Source: a virus | Direction: 5' to 3' (one strand) | Length of the DNA: 64,000 nucleotides | IMG/VR virus record: IMGVR_UViG_3300032246_002821 | Coordinates: 96,001 to 160,000 of that record | In this document: positions 45,965 through 53,187 of the stretch, piece by piece | Layout: each line of letters opens with the position of its first letter | Numbering within the stretch: the first letter of the stretch is position 1 | The notes under the pieces: model-generated | Seen by the model: only the letters and a program-made list of their open reading frames with translations | The model's database searches: none | What the model was told of the DNA's origin: nothing | Translations under genes and position numbers: made by a program

Positions 45965-46672
45965 ATGGATATATTTTGGAGTGTGGCAGAATGTGCCAGC
46001 ATACCACATATAAGTTATGAAGAACCCAGGCCGGTTTTGGCAGAAATATCAAAAACCATTCCTGAGTTCCAAAATCCAAAAAACCGTATAACCAGCTGCC
46101 CTGCTTTCCGTGACAGTTGTAAAAACACCTATAGTTTACACGTACCCATAGAGTATGAATTGACTTATGCTAATAACGACATCAGCACCACAATGTGGGA
46201 CAGAGAATTTTTTACAGATGTGGTCACAGTCAGAGATTTCAAATATCCCAACTGGACCAGTATGCAGTTCAAATACATATTTGTTGCAGAGGGAGATCTG
46301 GAAATAGAAGTGCTGCCTTGTTTCCTGACTAGCAACAGTTTCACAGACAATGCAGACATCATACCTGGCCGGATGAACATTGGCAAATGGTTCAGACCTG
46401 TGGAATGTGCGTTCGTAGTTAAGTCAGGCGACAGGACCATAACATTCAACCAGGGCGATGCATACAGTTTTGTCAGGTTTTTGACTGATGAAAAGATCCG
46501 TTTACGTAGGTTTTTCATGACACCCGAATTGAATCACATCACCAGCAGCAACATAAGCGCCAGAGATTACAAACGCAGATTGAATCCGCTGAGTTATTTT
46601 TACAATCTGTACGAACGCAGCCATATGCACAGCAAAGTGCTAAAAGAAGTAAAAAATAACCTGATGGAATGA
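45965..46672 (+). CDS. Hypothetical protein (beta-rich)
   Basis: Likely start MDIFW after AAGGA; promoter TTGACT-N17-TAAAAT at 45917-45945. Confidence 0.65.
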   Translation: MDIFWSVAECASIPHISYEEPRPVLAEISKTIPEFQNPKNRITSCPAFRDSCKNTYSLHVPIEYELTYANNDISTTMWDREFFTDVVTVRDFKYPNWTSMQFKYIFVAEGDLEIEVLPCFLTSNSFTDNADIIPGRMNIGKWFRPVECAFVVKSGDRTITFNQGDAYSFVRFLTDEKIRLRRFFMTPELNHITSSNISARDYKRRLNPLSYFYNLYERSHMHSKVLKEVKNNLME

Positions 46673-46814
46673 GTTGTGGGTGGAGGTAACCCTCAGTGGA
46701 GCAGGCCACTCAGAAACCATCCTGCTGAGTAGGATCCATCACAGGATCTGGGCAAGGGCGATCATAAGCCAGTGTGGCAGCGGTAGAGGGGGCTGGTCAC
46801 ACACTAAATATCCG

Positions 46815-47123
46815 ATGCGTATAGCCGAGATATTGACAGAATTGGATTTCATGGGCAGTCCTTGCACCAAAGATTGCAGTGGACACCAGGCAGGTTATAT
46901 GTGGAGCCTGAACAAGGGCGGCAAGGTTGCCAACAGCTGGAGCAACAGTTTCAACAACGGTGCTGCCATAGGTCACAAACAGGCCACACAGCGTCCACAG
47001 GGCGGAGGTAAACGTGCTGGTTATACCAGCCAGACTCCAGGTGCTATGAGACGCAGGAATCAGAGATTGGCTGCACAACAGGCTGCTCAGGCAGCGGCAG
47101 CACAACAACCACCACAAGTTTAA
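46815..47123 (+). CDS. Small CTS-bearing protein (CTKDCSGH motif)
   Basis: CTAAATA upstream; starts MRIAEILTE; the ORF track extends it to 46674. Confidence 0.6.
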   Translation: MRIAEILTELDFMGSPCTKDCSGHQAGYMWSLNKGGKVANSWSNSFNNGAAIGHKQATQRPQGGGKRAGYTSQTPGAMRRRNQRLAAQQAAQAAAAQQPPQV

Positions 47124-47133
47124 AACTTTATAT

Positions 47134-47208
47134 GTAGGGATAGTTTAATAGGCAAAATCTTGGTCTCCAAAACCAAAGTTCCCAGATCGTTGCTGGGTCC
47201 CTATGCCA
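47134..47208 (+). tRNA. tRNA-Trp(CCA)
   Basis: TTGGT-CTCCAAA-ACCAA; GTAGGGA/TCCCTAT acceptor; non-canonical T-loop ATCGTTG; CCA. Confidence 0.85.
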
Positions 47209-47377
47209 TTACACTGTTACAAACCCTCCAAGTGATAGCGATCTTGTCATAGGTTTTGTAACATTTTCACTTGGGCAGGCCTGCTAAACTATGATCTGCC
47301 TCCGCCACACACGAAACGCAGGATGGGCTGTGTGTGCCAGGCTGTGGAGTGCCTGAACAAATACTCCACACTAATTT
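47209..47377 (+). ncRNA. Candidate structured RNA with pseudoknot potential
   Basis: TGTTACAAA/TTTGTAACA, CCAAGTGA/TCACTTGG, GGCAG/CTGCC, CACACAC/GTGTGTG, TGTGGAGT/ACTCCACA. Confidence 0.45.
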
Positions 47378-47451
47378 GGTCTGGTGTCGGAGTGGTTACG
47401 GAGCGGTCTGCAAAACCGCCTACGAGAGTTCGATTCTCTCCCAGACCTCCA
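47378..47451 (+). tRNA. tRNA-Cys(GCA)
   Basis: GCGGT-CTGCAAA-ACCGC; U73; CCA. Confidence 0.93.
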
Positions 47452-47455
47452 ATCT

Positions 47456-47531
47456 GCTTAGATAGCTCAGCTGGTAGAACACTGCGCTGAAGACGCAGGT
47501 GTCAGCGGTTCGATCCCGTTTCTAAGCACCA
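47456..47531 (+). tRNA. tRNA-Phe(GAA)
   Basis: CTGCG-CTGAAGA-CGCAG; CCA. Confidence 0.95.
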
Positions 47532-47532
47532 T

Positions 47533-47609
47533 ACACCCTTAGCTCAGCTGGATAGAGCATCTGACTACGAATCAGAAGGCCGGGAGTTCGAATCTCTCAG
47601 GGTGTGCCA
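47533..47609 (+). tRNA. tRNA-Arg(ACG)
   Basis: TCTGA-CTACGAA-TCAGA; CCA. Confidence 0.95.
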
Positions 47610-47669
47610 AAAATAAGTATTGACATATATGTTAGATGTAGTAATATGACATATACAGGAGATTAGGCG

Positions 47670-48095
47670 ATGATGGAATGTTTGATCTTGGGCGACAGCA
47701 TCGGACGCGGCATCAGCAGTGTCATGCGCGATTGTGTTCAAATCACAGAAATCGGCATCAATACTGATAACTGGTACAAGAAATATCACGATCGTCCCAT
47801 ATTCGATATGCAACAATATCGGTATGTGGTGGTCAGTCTGGGATCCAACGACATCGCAGATAGCAGTGCCACCATGCGCCGCATACGCAAGAAATTCAGT
47901 GCTGCCAAAGTCATATGGGTATTGCCCAGCGATCAGGTCAAAGCGCCACAGCGAGCCATAGTGGAAAATGTAGCTGCAGAATTTGGCGATTGGGTTTTAA
48001 GTATCACTGACCGGGTGGGGGCGGACAAGGTGCACCCACCCACAGTGGAAGCATATGAAAAGATAGCAAAAAACATAAAGGACAGTGTAAAATGA
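47670..48095 (+). CDS. SGNH/GDSL hydrolase-like protein
   Basis: LILGDSIGRG, VSLGSND, DKVHP; promoter TTGACA-N16-TAATAT at 47620-47647. Confidence 0.8.
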   Translation: MMECLILGDSIGRGISSVMRDCVQITEIGINTDNWYKKYHDRPIFDMQQYRYVVVSLGSNDIADSSATMRRIRKKFSAAKVIWVLPSDQVKAPQRAIVENVAAEFGDWVLSITDRVGADKVHPPTVEAYEKIAKNIKDSVK

Positions 48096-48427
48096 TCAAG
48101 CGTATTGTTATGGCTACCTGTTTGATTGCATCACCAGCTGTTGCGGAAACCTGGGCCACTGCTGATTGCACGTTGGCCAACGGTGGCAAGATCCGCTACG
48201 CGGTACACGACAGCAAAGGTTTTATCTCTTATGATGGAGAAGGACCCTATGAGATGTTTACCAAACGCGATGGTAATATGGGCATTGTCACACACATCGG
48301 CAACCGTGGTAACACAGTGTTGGCAGTGGATCTGGATAGCGGCCGAGGGTATATTATCACCAAGTTTGATAATGGTCACACCAGAGAAATGAATGTCAGT
48401 TGCCGTTTGGGCGTCACAGAAAAATAA
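48092..48427 (+). CDS. Small secreted/periplasmic beta-rich protein
   Basis: Signal peptide MIKRIVMATCLIASPAVA. Confidence 0.7.
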   Translation: MIKRIVMATCLIASPAVAETWATADCTLANGGKIRYAVHDSKGFISYDGEGPYEMFTKRDGNMGIVTHIGNRGNTVLAVDLDSGRGYIITKFDNGHTREMNVSCRLGVTEK

Positions 48428-48431
48428 CCGG

Positions 48432-48459
48432 TTGACAACTATCTTAACTGTGTTATATT
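48432..48459 (+). promoter_or_regulatory. Sigma70-type promoter TTGACA-N11-TGTGT-TATATT
   Basis: Upstream of tRNA-Asp. Confidence 0.75.
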
Positions 48460-48474
48460 CATAATATAGAGTTT

Positions 48475-48551
48475 GGTCAAGTAGCTCAGTTGGTTAGAGT
48501 GCCGGCCTGTCACGCCGGAGGTCGCGGGTTCGAGCCCCGTCTTGATCGCCA
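48475..48551 (+). tRNA. tRNA-Asp(GTC)
   Basis: CCGGC-CTGTCAC-GCCGG; G73; CCA. Confidence 0.95.
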
Positions 48552-48555
48552 AATT

Positions 48556-48790
48556 AGAGTCGCTGGATTACTATAGAGACGGTCACCGCGGTCTGTCTCT
48601 TGTGCGTACCAGTGCTGGAGGCCCGTCAAACCAGCATAAACAAACGTGGCAGGAATTGGCAAGGGGAACTACTCGGCAGTCGCATCGCAAGATGTCGCAA
48701 CGGAGCCCCTTGCCGTCGAGGCCAGAGGGATTGTAGGTGGACCTGTATTATATGCCCTTGGGGTGTTGTGACTGGGCTTGTAACCTTCAT
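48556..48790 (+). ncRNA. Candidate multi-helix ncRNA (~230 nt)
   Basis: AGAGACGG/CTGTCTCT, TGCTGG/CCAGCA, GGCAAGGGG/CCCCTTGCC, GCATC-GCAA-GATGT, terminal AGTCGC/GTGACT. Confidence 0.55.
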
Positions 48791-48799
48791 AAATTTTAA

Positions 48800-48875
48800 G
48801 AACCCATAGCTCAGTAGGTAGAGCACCTGACTTTTAATCAGGGTGTCGCCGGTTCGACCCCGGCTGGGTTCACCA
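48800..48875 (+). tRNA. tRNA-Lys(TTT)
   Basis: CCTGA-CTTTTAA-TCAGG; CCA. Confidence 0.95.
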
Positions 48876-48876
48876 A

Positions 48877-49107
48877 TTATGCAAACTTGCTGGCTATGCT
48901 GATAGCAGTTATCAACGCAGCTTTAACGGCCATATCGTCAGCTTCTTCGTTCAAACGATCGGTTGCGATAAGGTCTTCCATAAGTTCAGCTGCTTCTTCA
49001 GGTGATAATGCGCCTGAGTTGCGTTGCTTCTGGATGTCTAGGGCCATCTTAGCGCGAGTTTCTGCCCAACCTGATCCGCAGTGTGCTAGTTCTTGTAGTG
49101 ATGCCAT
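48877..49107 (-). CDS. Small helical hypothetical protein
   Basis: Coupled to the lipoprotein gene. Confidence 0.65.
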   Translation of the reverse strand: MASLQELAHCGSGWAETRAKMALDIQKQRNSGALSPEEAAELMEDLIATDRLNEEADDMAVKAALITAISIASKFA

Positions 49108-49499
49108 TAGAATCTCCCTAAAACGGCTTTGCTTGATAGTTCAGCTTGTTTAACTAATATGTCTTTCTTAATCCGGCAATAGGCAGCACTGGGTTCTTTT
49201 TCTTTGCTACGGTCTGCCCATTCGTTCACTGTCTTTTGCATAGGAGCGATCAGTTCCAGCACATCGTGTTGCAGATAGCCTTTGCTCTCGCTGTACAGTT
49301 CAAACCATTGAAGTTCTTTTTGTATTTGTACAGCTTGAAAGTTTTGTGTATCTTCACAGTTGATGTTAACAATCAGTTGTCTGGCTGTTATGATGCTCCT
49401 GGATTGGTTGTCATCCCAGAAGCTGGGCACGAATGTTGCTACCGTTGCATTGCAACCGGCTAATACTAAGAAACTCAATACCGCGATGATTTTTTGCAT
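49107..49499 (-). CDS. Lipoprotein
   Basis: Lipobox LAGC at residues 13-16; CTAAATA upstream. Confidence 0.75.
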   Translation of the reverse strand: MQKIIAVLSFLVLAGCNATVATFVPSFWDDNQSRSIITARQLIVNINCEDTQNFQAVQIQKELQWFELYSESKGYLQHDVLELIAPMQKTVNEWADRSKEKEPSAAYCRIKKDILVKQAELSSKAVLGRF

Positions 49500-49530
49500 A
49501 CAGTATTTAGTTTTTGATAACTACCATAAC

Positions 49531-49606
49531 GCCCAATTAGCTCAGATGGTAGAGCAGTTGATTAGTAATCATCAGGTCGGCGGTTCGAATCCGTCATTGG
49601 GCACCA
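49531..49606 (+). tRNA. tRNA-Thr(AGT)
   Basis: GCCCAAT/ATTGGGC acceptor; GTTGA-TTAGTAA-TCATC anticodon arm (one mismatch); CCA. Confidence 0.85.
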
Positions 49607-49621
49607 TTATTAAGGTTCGCT

Positions 49622-50740
49622 ATGTTCGTAAAATGCATCAGGATGGAAGCCTATTTCGGAGCCAGTTATAACTTCGAAAGATTGAAGGAAAATATACAAA
49701 AAGATCTGGCACAGACAAGAGCAGCTGGTACTGAACCCTATTTCTTCCTCAGTTATTGTTGGGAGAATTTTCCTGAATTCTATTGGTACGACAATGTCAC
49801 TCAAAATATCCGTAGCATATTGAAAGACCTGGGCATAACACATTATAAATTCGTGTTTCCCACCAGTTTTTTACACAATAGATATCCAGTGTACACTGGC
49901 CAGATAGACCAGTCGGATATGATCTTCCTGGAGTTTTTTGCTCTATACAGTTTCCATAAGATATTCGGAGATCAAAAGAAATATCGCAGCTGGAATTATT
50001 CGGGAGAGGTGTTGGCCAATCCTGCCTGGAACAGTGACAGCGATCGCGCCCTGTTGCTATTGGGCAAGATAGCCAAATTGAACCGTATGCCATTGCTGGC
50101 CGAATTCTACAGAGCCAATAACCTGTCGCGCATAGACTGGAGTTTGTATCTGAACGATAACATCAAAGCCGATGCCAGGCATCTGGCCCCAGAATTTACA
50201 GATGAGGAATATGAAATATTCATATCCCAGATGACCAAGAGACTGGATCCCATAGACGTGCAGATGCAGGAACGCAGCAGCCATTACTGGGGTTTTCCTT
50301 ATGATGTAAACTTATACAAAAACACTTGCCTGAGTGTCATAAGCGAAACCAACTTCATGTATAACCAGACAGTGTGGGTTACAGAAAAAACCTATCGTGC
50401 CATAGCCAATAGGCATCCTTTCGTCATGGCTGCGCCTCCTGGTAGTTTGAAATACATCAAGACCCTGGGTTTCAAGACTTTCGAAGAATATATGCAGATA
50501 ACAGATTATGATGATATAGAATATGACAAGCAAAGATTGGGCAGTATAATGACCAATACCATGTATTTTCTTGATACTAAACACACAAATCTAGAAGAGA
50601 TAAATGCAGATGTGGAGCATAACTACCAGAACCTTATAGATTTCGTCGATAGGGAAATTTTAAAACTTGACAAAGTGCTGGATTCAGTGCATAATAGACA
50701 GGATAAAGAAACAAGTTGGTCCTTATTGGCCCAGATGTAA
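49622..50740 (+). CDS. Glycosyltransferase-like protein (SEK/TEK family, copy 5)
   Basis: LSVISET...WVTEKTYRAIANRHPF...GFKTFEEY...DYD. Confidence 0.55.
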   Translation: MFVKCIRMEAYFGASYNFERLKENIQKDLAQTRAAGTEPYFFLSYCWENFPEFYWYDNVTQNIRSILKDLGITHYKFVFPTSFLHNRYPVYTGQIDQSDMIFLEFFALYSFHKIFGDQKKYRSWNYSGEVLANPAWNSDSDRALLLLGKIAKLNRMPLLAEFYRANNLSRIDWSLYLNDNIKADARHLAPEFTDEEYEIFISQMTKRLDPIDVQMQERSSHYWGFPYDVNLYKNTCLSVISETNFMYNQTVWVTEKTYRAIANRHPFVMAAPPGSLKYIKTLGFKTFEEYMQITDYDDIEYDKQRLGSIMTNTMYFLDTKHTNLEEINADVEHNYQNLIDFVDREILKLDKVLDSVHNRQDKETSWSLLAQM

Positions 50741-50742
50741 TT

Positions 50743-50817
50743 GCGGTTGTAGCTCAGTGGTAGAGCGTCACGTTGCCAACGTGAATGTCGTCGGTTCGAC
50801 CCCGATCAGCCGCTCCA
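50743..50817 (+). tRNA. tRNA-Gly(GCC)
   Basis: TCACG-TTGCCAA-CGTGA; U73; CCA; promoter TTGACA-N17-CATAAT at 50667-50695. Confidence 0.95.
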
Positions 50818-50821
50818 ATTT

Positions 50822-50895
50822 TACTGCTGTCGGTGTTGATGGGAAACACAGATGGACAACACTAGGACACCGTTCGAATCGGAGCAGCAGTACCT
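50822..50895 (+). pseudogene. tRNA-like element with a stub anticodon arm
   Basis: TACTGCTG/CAGCAGTA acceptor, GTGT/ACAC D-stem, TTCGAAT T-loop; ends ACCT rather than CCA. Confidence 0.55.
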
Positions 50896-50900
50896 GATTA

Positions 50901-50974
50901 GCGGGCTTGGTATAGTGGTATTATGACAGCCTTCCAAGCTGACGAGACGGGTTCGATTCCCGTAGCCCGCTCCA
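50901..50974 (+). tRNA. tRNA-Gly(TCC)
   Basis: ACAGC-CTTCCAA-GCTGA; U73; CCA. Confidence 0.95.
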
Positions 50975-50980
50975 AAATTT

Positions 50981-51054
50981 GCTGTCTTGGTGTAATGGAA
51001 GCACACGAGTTTGTGGAACTCGTAGCACAGGATCGATACCTGTAGACAGTGCCA
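50981..51054 (+). tRNA. tRNA-His(GTG)
   Basis: CGAGT-TTGTGGA-ACTCG; CCA; no encoded G-1, G at position 73. Confidence 0.88.
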
Positions 51055-51059
51055 TATAA

Positions 51060-51142
51060 GGGGCGGAAGTATCAAGGTGATACCGTGGACTGTAAATCCA
51101 CCGCTTATAGCACGCCTGGTTCGATTCCAGGACGCCCCACCA
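51060..51142 (+). tRNA. tRNA-Tyr(GTA)
   Basis: GTGGA-CTGTAAA-TCCAC; long variable region; CCA. Confidence 0.93.
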
Positions 51143-51182
51143 CTACACACTAAATAAAAGGTCAATTGAACAAAGGTCATCA

Positions 51183-51827
51183 ATGAAAGGCAAGATAGCC
51201 TTATTCCTGCACCAGCCCAAATGCTCGGTACAATCGGGCAATGGAATTATGCAGGCATTGCATCCAGATTATCAGTTCAAGATCTTCACAAAACATCGAG
51301 TGGAAAAAGATTTCTTCGATGATGTGGATATGATCGCTGTGCCAGGAGGACTGGGAGACAGCGACAGCTATGCCAGTCTGATGCGTGAAAACGCTGGTCG
51401 CATACAGGACTTTGTTGCTAAAGGTGGCAGGTACTTGGGTATCTGTATGGGTGCTTACTGGGCAGGATATCACTATCTAGACATACTAGACGGCGTCCGA
51501 GCCTATCAATATATCACACGCCCCAACACAGACACTCGTAGACCACACGCCAAAGCCATAGACGTGGATTGGCTGGGACAACCAGAGAAGATGTACTTCT
51601 ATGATGGCCCAGCATTGGTGGGCGATAAAAACAAGTTTACCACCGTCAGCACATACGTAAACGGTGACGCCATGGCCATATATCAGGATCGTATAGGACT
51701 GATAGGTTGCCATCCTGAGGCAAATCTGCACTGGTACCAGGCATATCCCTATATGCTCAAACACTGGCATAAAGGTGCTCATTACAGTTTGTTGAAAGAT
51801 TTTGTTGACAAACTGATGCTTCAGTAG
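51183..51827 (+). CDS. Class I glutamine amidotransferase-like protein (BPL_N family)
   Basis: IAVPGG, FVAKGGRYLGICMGAYWAG, FYDGP, IGCHPE. Confidence 0.85.
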   Translation: MKGKIALFLHQPKCSVQSGNGIMQALHPDYQFKIFTKHRVEKDFFDDVDMIAVPGGLGDSDSYASLMRENAGRIQDFVAKGGRYLGICMGAYWAGYHYLDILDGVRAYQYITRPNTDTRRPHAKAIDVDWLGQPEKMYFYDGPALVGDKNKFTTVSTYVNGDAMAIYQDRIGLIGCHPEANLHWYQAYPYMLKHWHKGAHYSLLKDFVDKLMLQ

Positions 51828-51842
51828 TATTATAAGGAATAT

Positions 51843-51919
51843 TGCGGGGTAGAGAAGTGGTCATCTCGTTAGGCTCATAACCTGAAGATCGGAGGTTCGA
51901 ATCCTCCCCACCGCAACCA
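51843..51919 (+). tRNA. tRNA-Met(CAT), initiator-like
   Basis: TGCGGGG 5' end, TTAGG-CTCATAA-CCTGA; CCA; promoter TTGACA-N17-TATTAT at 51805-51833. Confidence 0.85.
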
Positions 51920-51924
51920 AGTTA

Positions 51925-52002
51925 CTCGGTGTAGCGCAGTCTGGCTAGCGCATCTGGTTTGGGACCAGAGGGTCGGGAGTTCGAATCTCTCCACCGAGAC
52001 CA
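51925..52002 (+). tRNA. tRNA-Pro(TGG)
   Basis: TCTGG-TTTGGGA-CCAGA; CCA. Confidence 0.95.
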
Positions 52003-53171
52003 AATAAAGCAGCATACTCAGGCATCATTTGGGCAAAGTTTTCGCCTCGTAGTTGGTCCAGTTTGCTGACGGTAGTTATAAAACTATCCTTTTTGCTAGC
52101 CCAGTCAGTGGGTTCATTTGCTAAAAATCTCAGTGTGCAATCACGCTGATCGATCCAGCTTTGAACGTACTGACTGGGCTTGTGTGCAAGCAGCTTATCA
52201 CGCACAGCCTGTTTTATATCTGGTGGCAGATAGCATATATTTGCGTCAGCCTTGTCTGTGACGCGGTTTGTAAATCCAATGATGTAGCCCAGATCGCTGA
52301 AAAACTCGAATGCTTCTGGAATATAAAATACATTATGGCTCATTGTACAGTATTGCACTTGAACGGACAGATTATCATATTTGGCAAAATCTGTAGTGTA
52401 GCGTTGTAGATTCTCCAGCACGGTCGCCCACTGGCTACCAGCCCTGATATAGTCATTGTGAGCACCTACACCATCTATGCTATATCCCAATGACCCACTT
52501 TTGAATTTGCTCATTTTATCGGCTAAGTCAGGTTTGTATATGGTACCATTGGTGTGCATCTGTACGTCTTGCGTGGGTATACCACTGTCCAAGATCTTAT
52601 ATGTCAATGGATGTAGCAATGGTTCTCCACCATACAAGTCAAAGAATATAATACTGTCGTGCCATTCAGCCAGAGTATCTTCTAACTCAGTGTTGTTGAT
52701 ATAGCTGGTTTCATAACTGACAAACTTTTGTAACCAGGTTTTGAACGGCACAGCTGGTTGTTCTAAATTGTAAGCGTCTTTGTACCATTGAGTGCTGCTA
52801 TATGGATTACAACTGCGACAGGCACAGTTGCATTTGTTGCCGTGCTTTAATATCAAGATCCTGGGTTGATCAGGCAATGACTCTACATCTGCAAGCAGGC
52901 GATTGTATTTTTGCCTGACGCTTTGGTTGCCAGCTTTTTCGTTGTTCCAGCAGTTGGAACAATAAGGGTTGGGAATTCCCTTAGCCAGCGTATTGAGAAA
53001 TTTACTTCTGCTTTCACTATTCCAGGCCCGTTTCAATGAACCTGTGTCCAATGTAATAGGTTTACCACTGCTGTCTTTGAGATAAAGGCTGTTGTAATTA
53101 CATGGAGTCACTCGTCCACTCATATCCAGGTTTAGAGTTATTTCTGCTAATTTGCACTTGATGGGTTCCAT
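51945..53171 (-). CDS. Radical SAM protein with N-terminal SPASM/twitch-like domain
   Basis: GRVTPCC-like motif, CSNCW, GNKCNCACRSC cluster motif, YGGEP, HTNGT; likely start MEPIK at 53171. Confidence 0.85.
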   Translation of the reverse strand: MEPIKCKLAEITLNLDMSGRVTPCNYNSLYLKDSSGKPITLDTGSLKRAWNSESRSKFLNTLAKGIPNPYCSNCWNNEKAGNQSVRQKYNRLLADVESLPDQPRILILKHGNKCNCACRSCNPYSSTQWYKDAYNLEQPAVPFKTWLQKFVSYETSYINNTELEDTLAEWHDSIIFFDLYGGEPLLHPLTYKILDSGIPTQDVQMHTNGTIYKPDLADKMSKFKSGSLGYSIDGVGAHNDYIRAGSQWATVLENLQRYTTDFAKYDNLSVQVQYCTMSHNVFYIPEAFEFFSDLGYIIGFTNRVTDKADANICYLPPDIKQAVRDKLLAHKPSQYVQSWIDQRDCTLRFLANEPTDWASKKDSFITTVSKLDQLRGENFAQMMPEYAALFGLGGEIRTPDPLVPNQMR

Positions 53172-53187
53172 ACTGATATATATTAAT

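Noticed and set aside
47244-47262. Third Pho-box-like site TTGTCAT...TTGTAAC
   Set aside because: The period is 12 rather than 11 nt, and it is better explained as part of an inverted-repeat RNA stem.
47209-47377. Assignment as a theta/HDV or hammerhead ribozyme
   Set aside because: There is no G-start directly after the tRNA and no CUGAnGA core; kept only as an unassigned structured RNA.
48552-48799. tmRNA, RNase P or SRP RNA
   Set aside because: There are no tmRNA-type acceptor ends or tag ORF, no RNase P P4 consensus, and no SRP helix-8 motif visible.
50821-51183. ORFs reading through tRNA arrays (50821-51183, 54794-55108, 54859-55077, 47565-47816)
   Set aside because: They are antisense or overlapping translations of tRNA genes.
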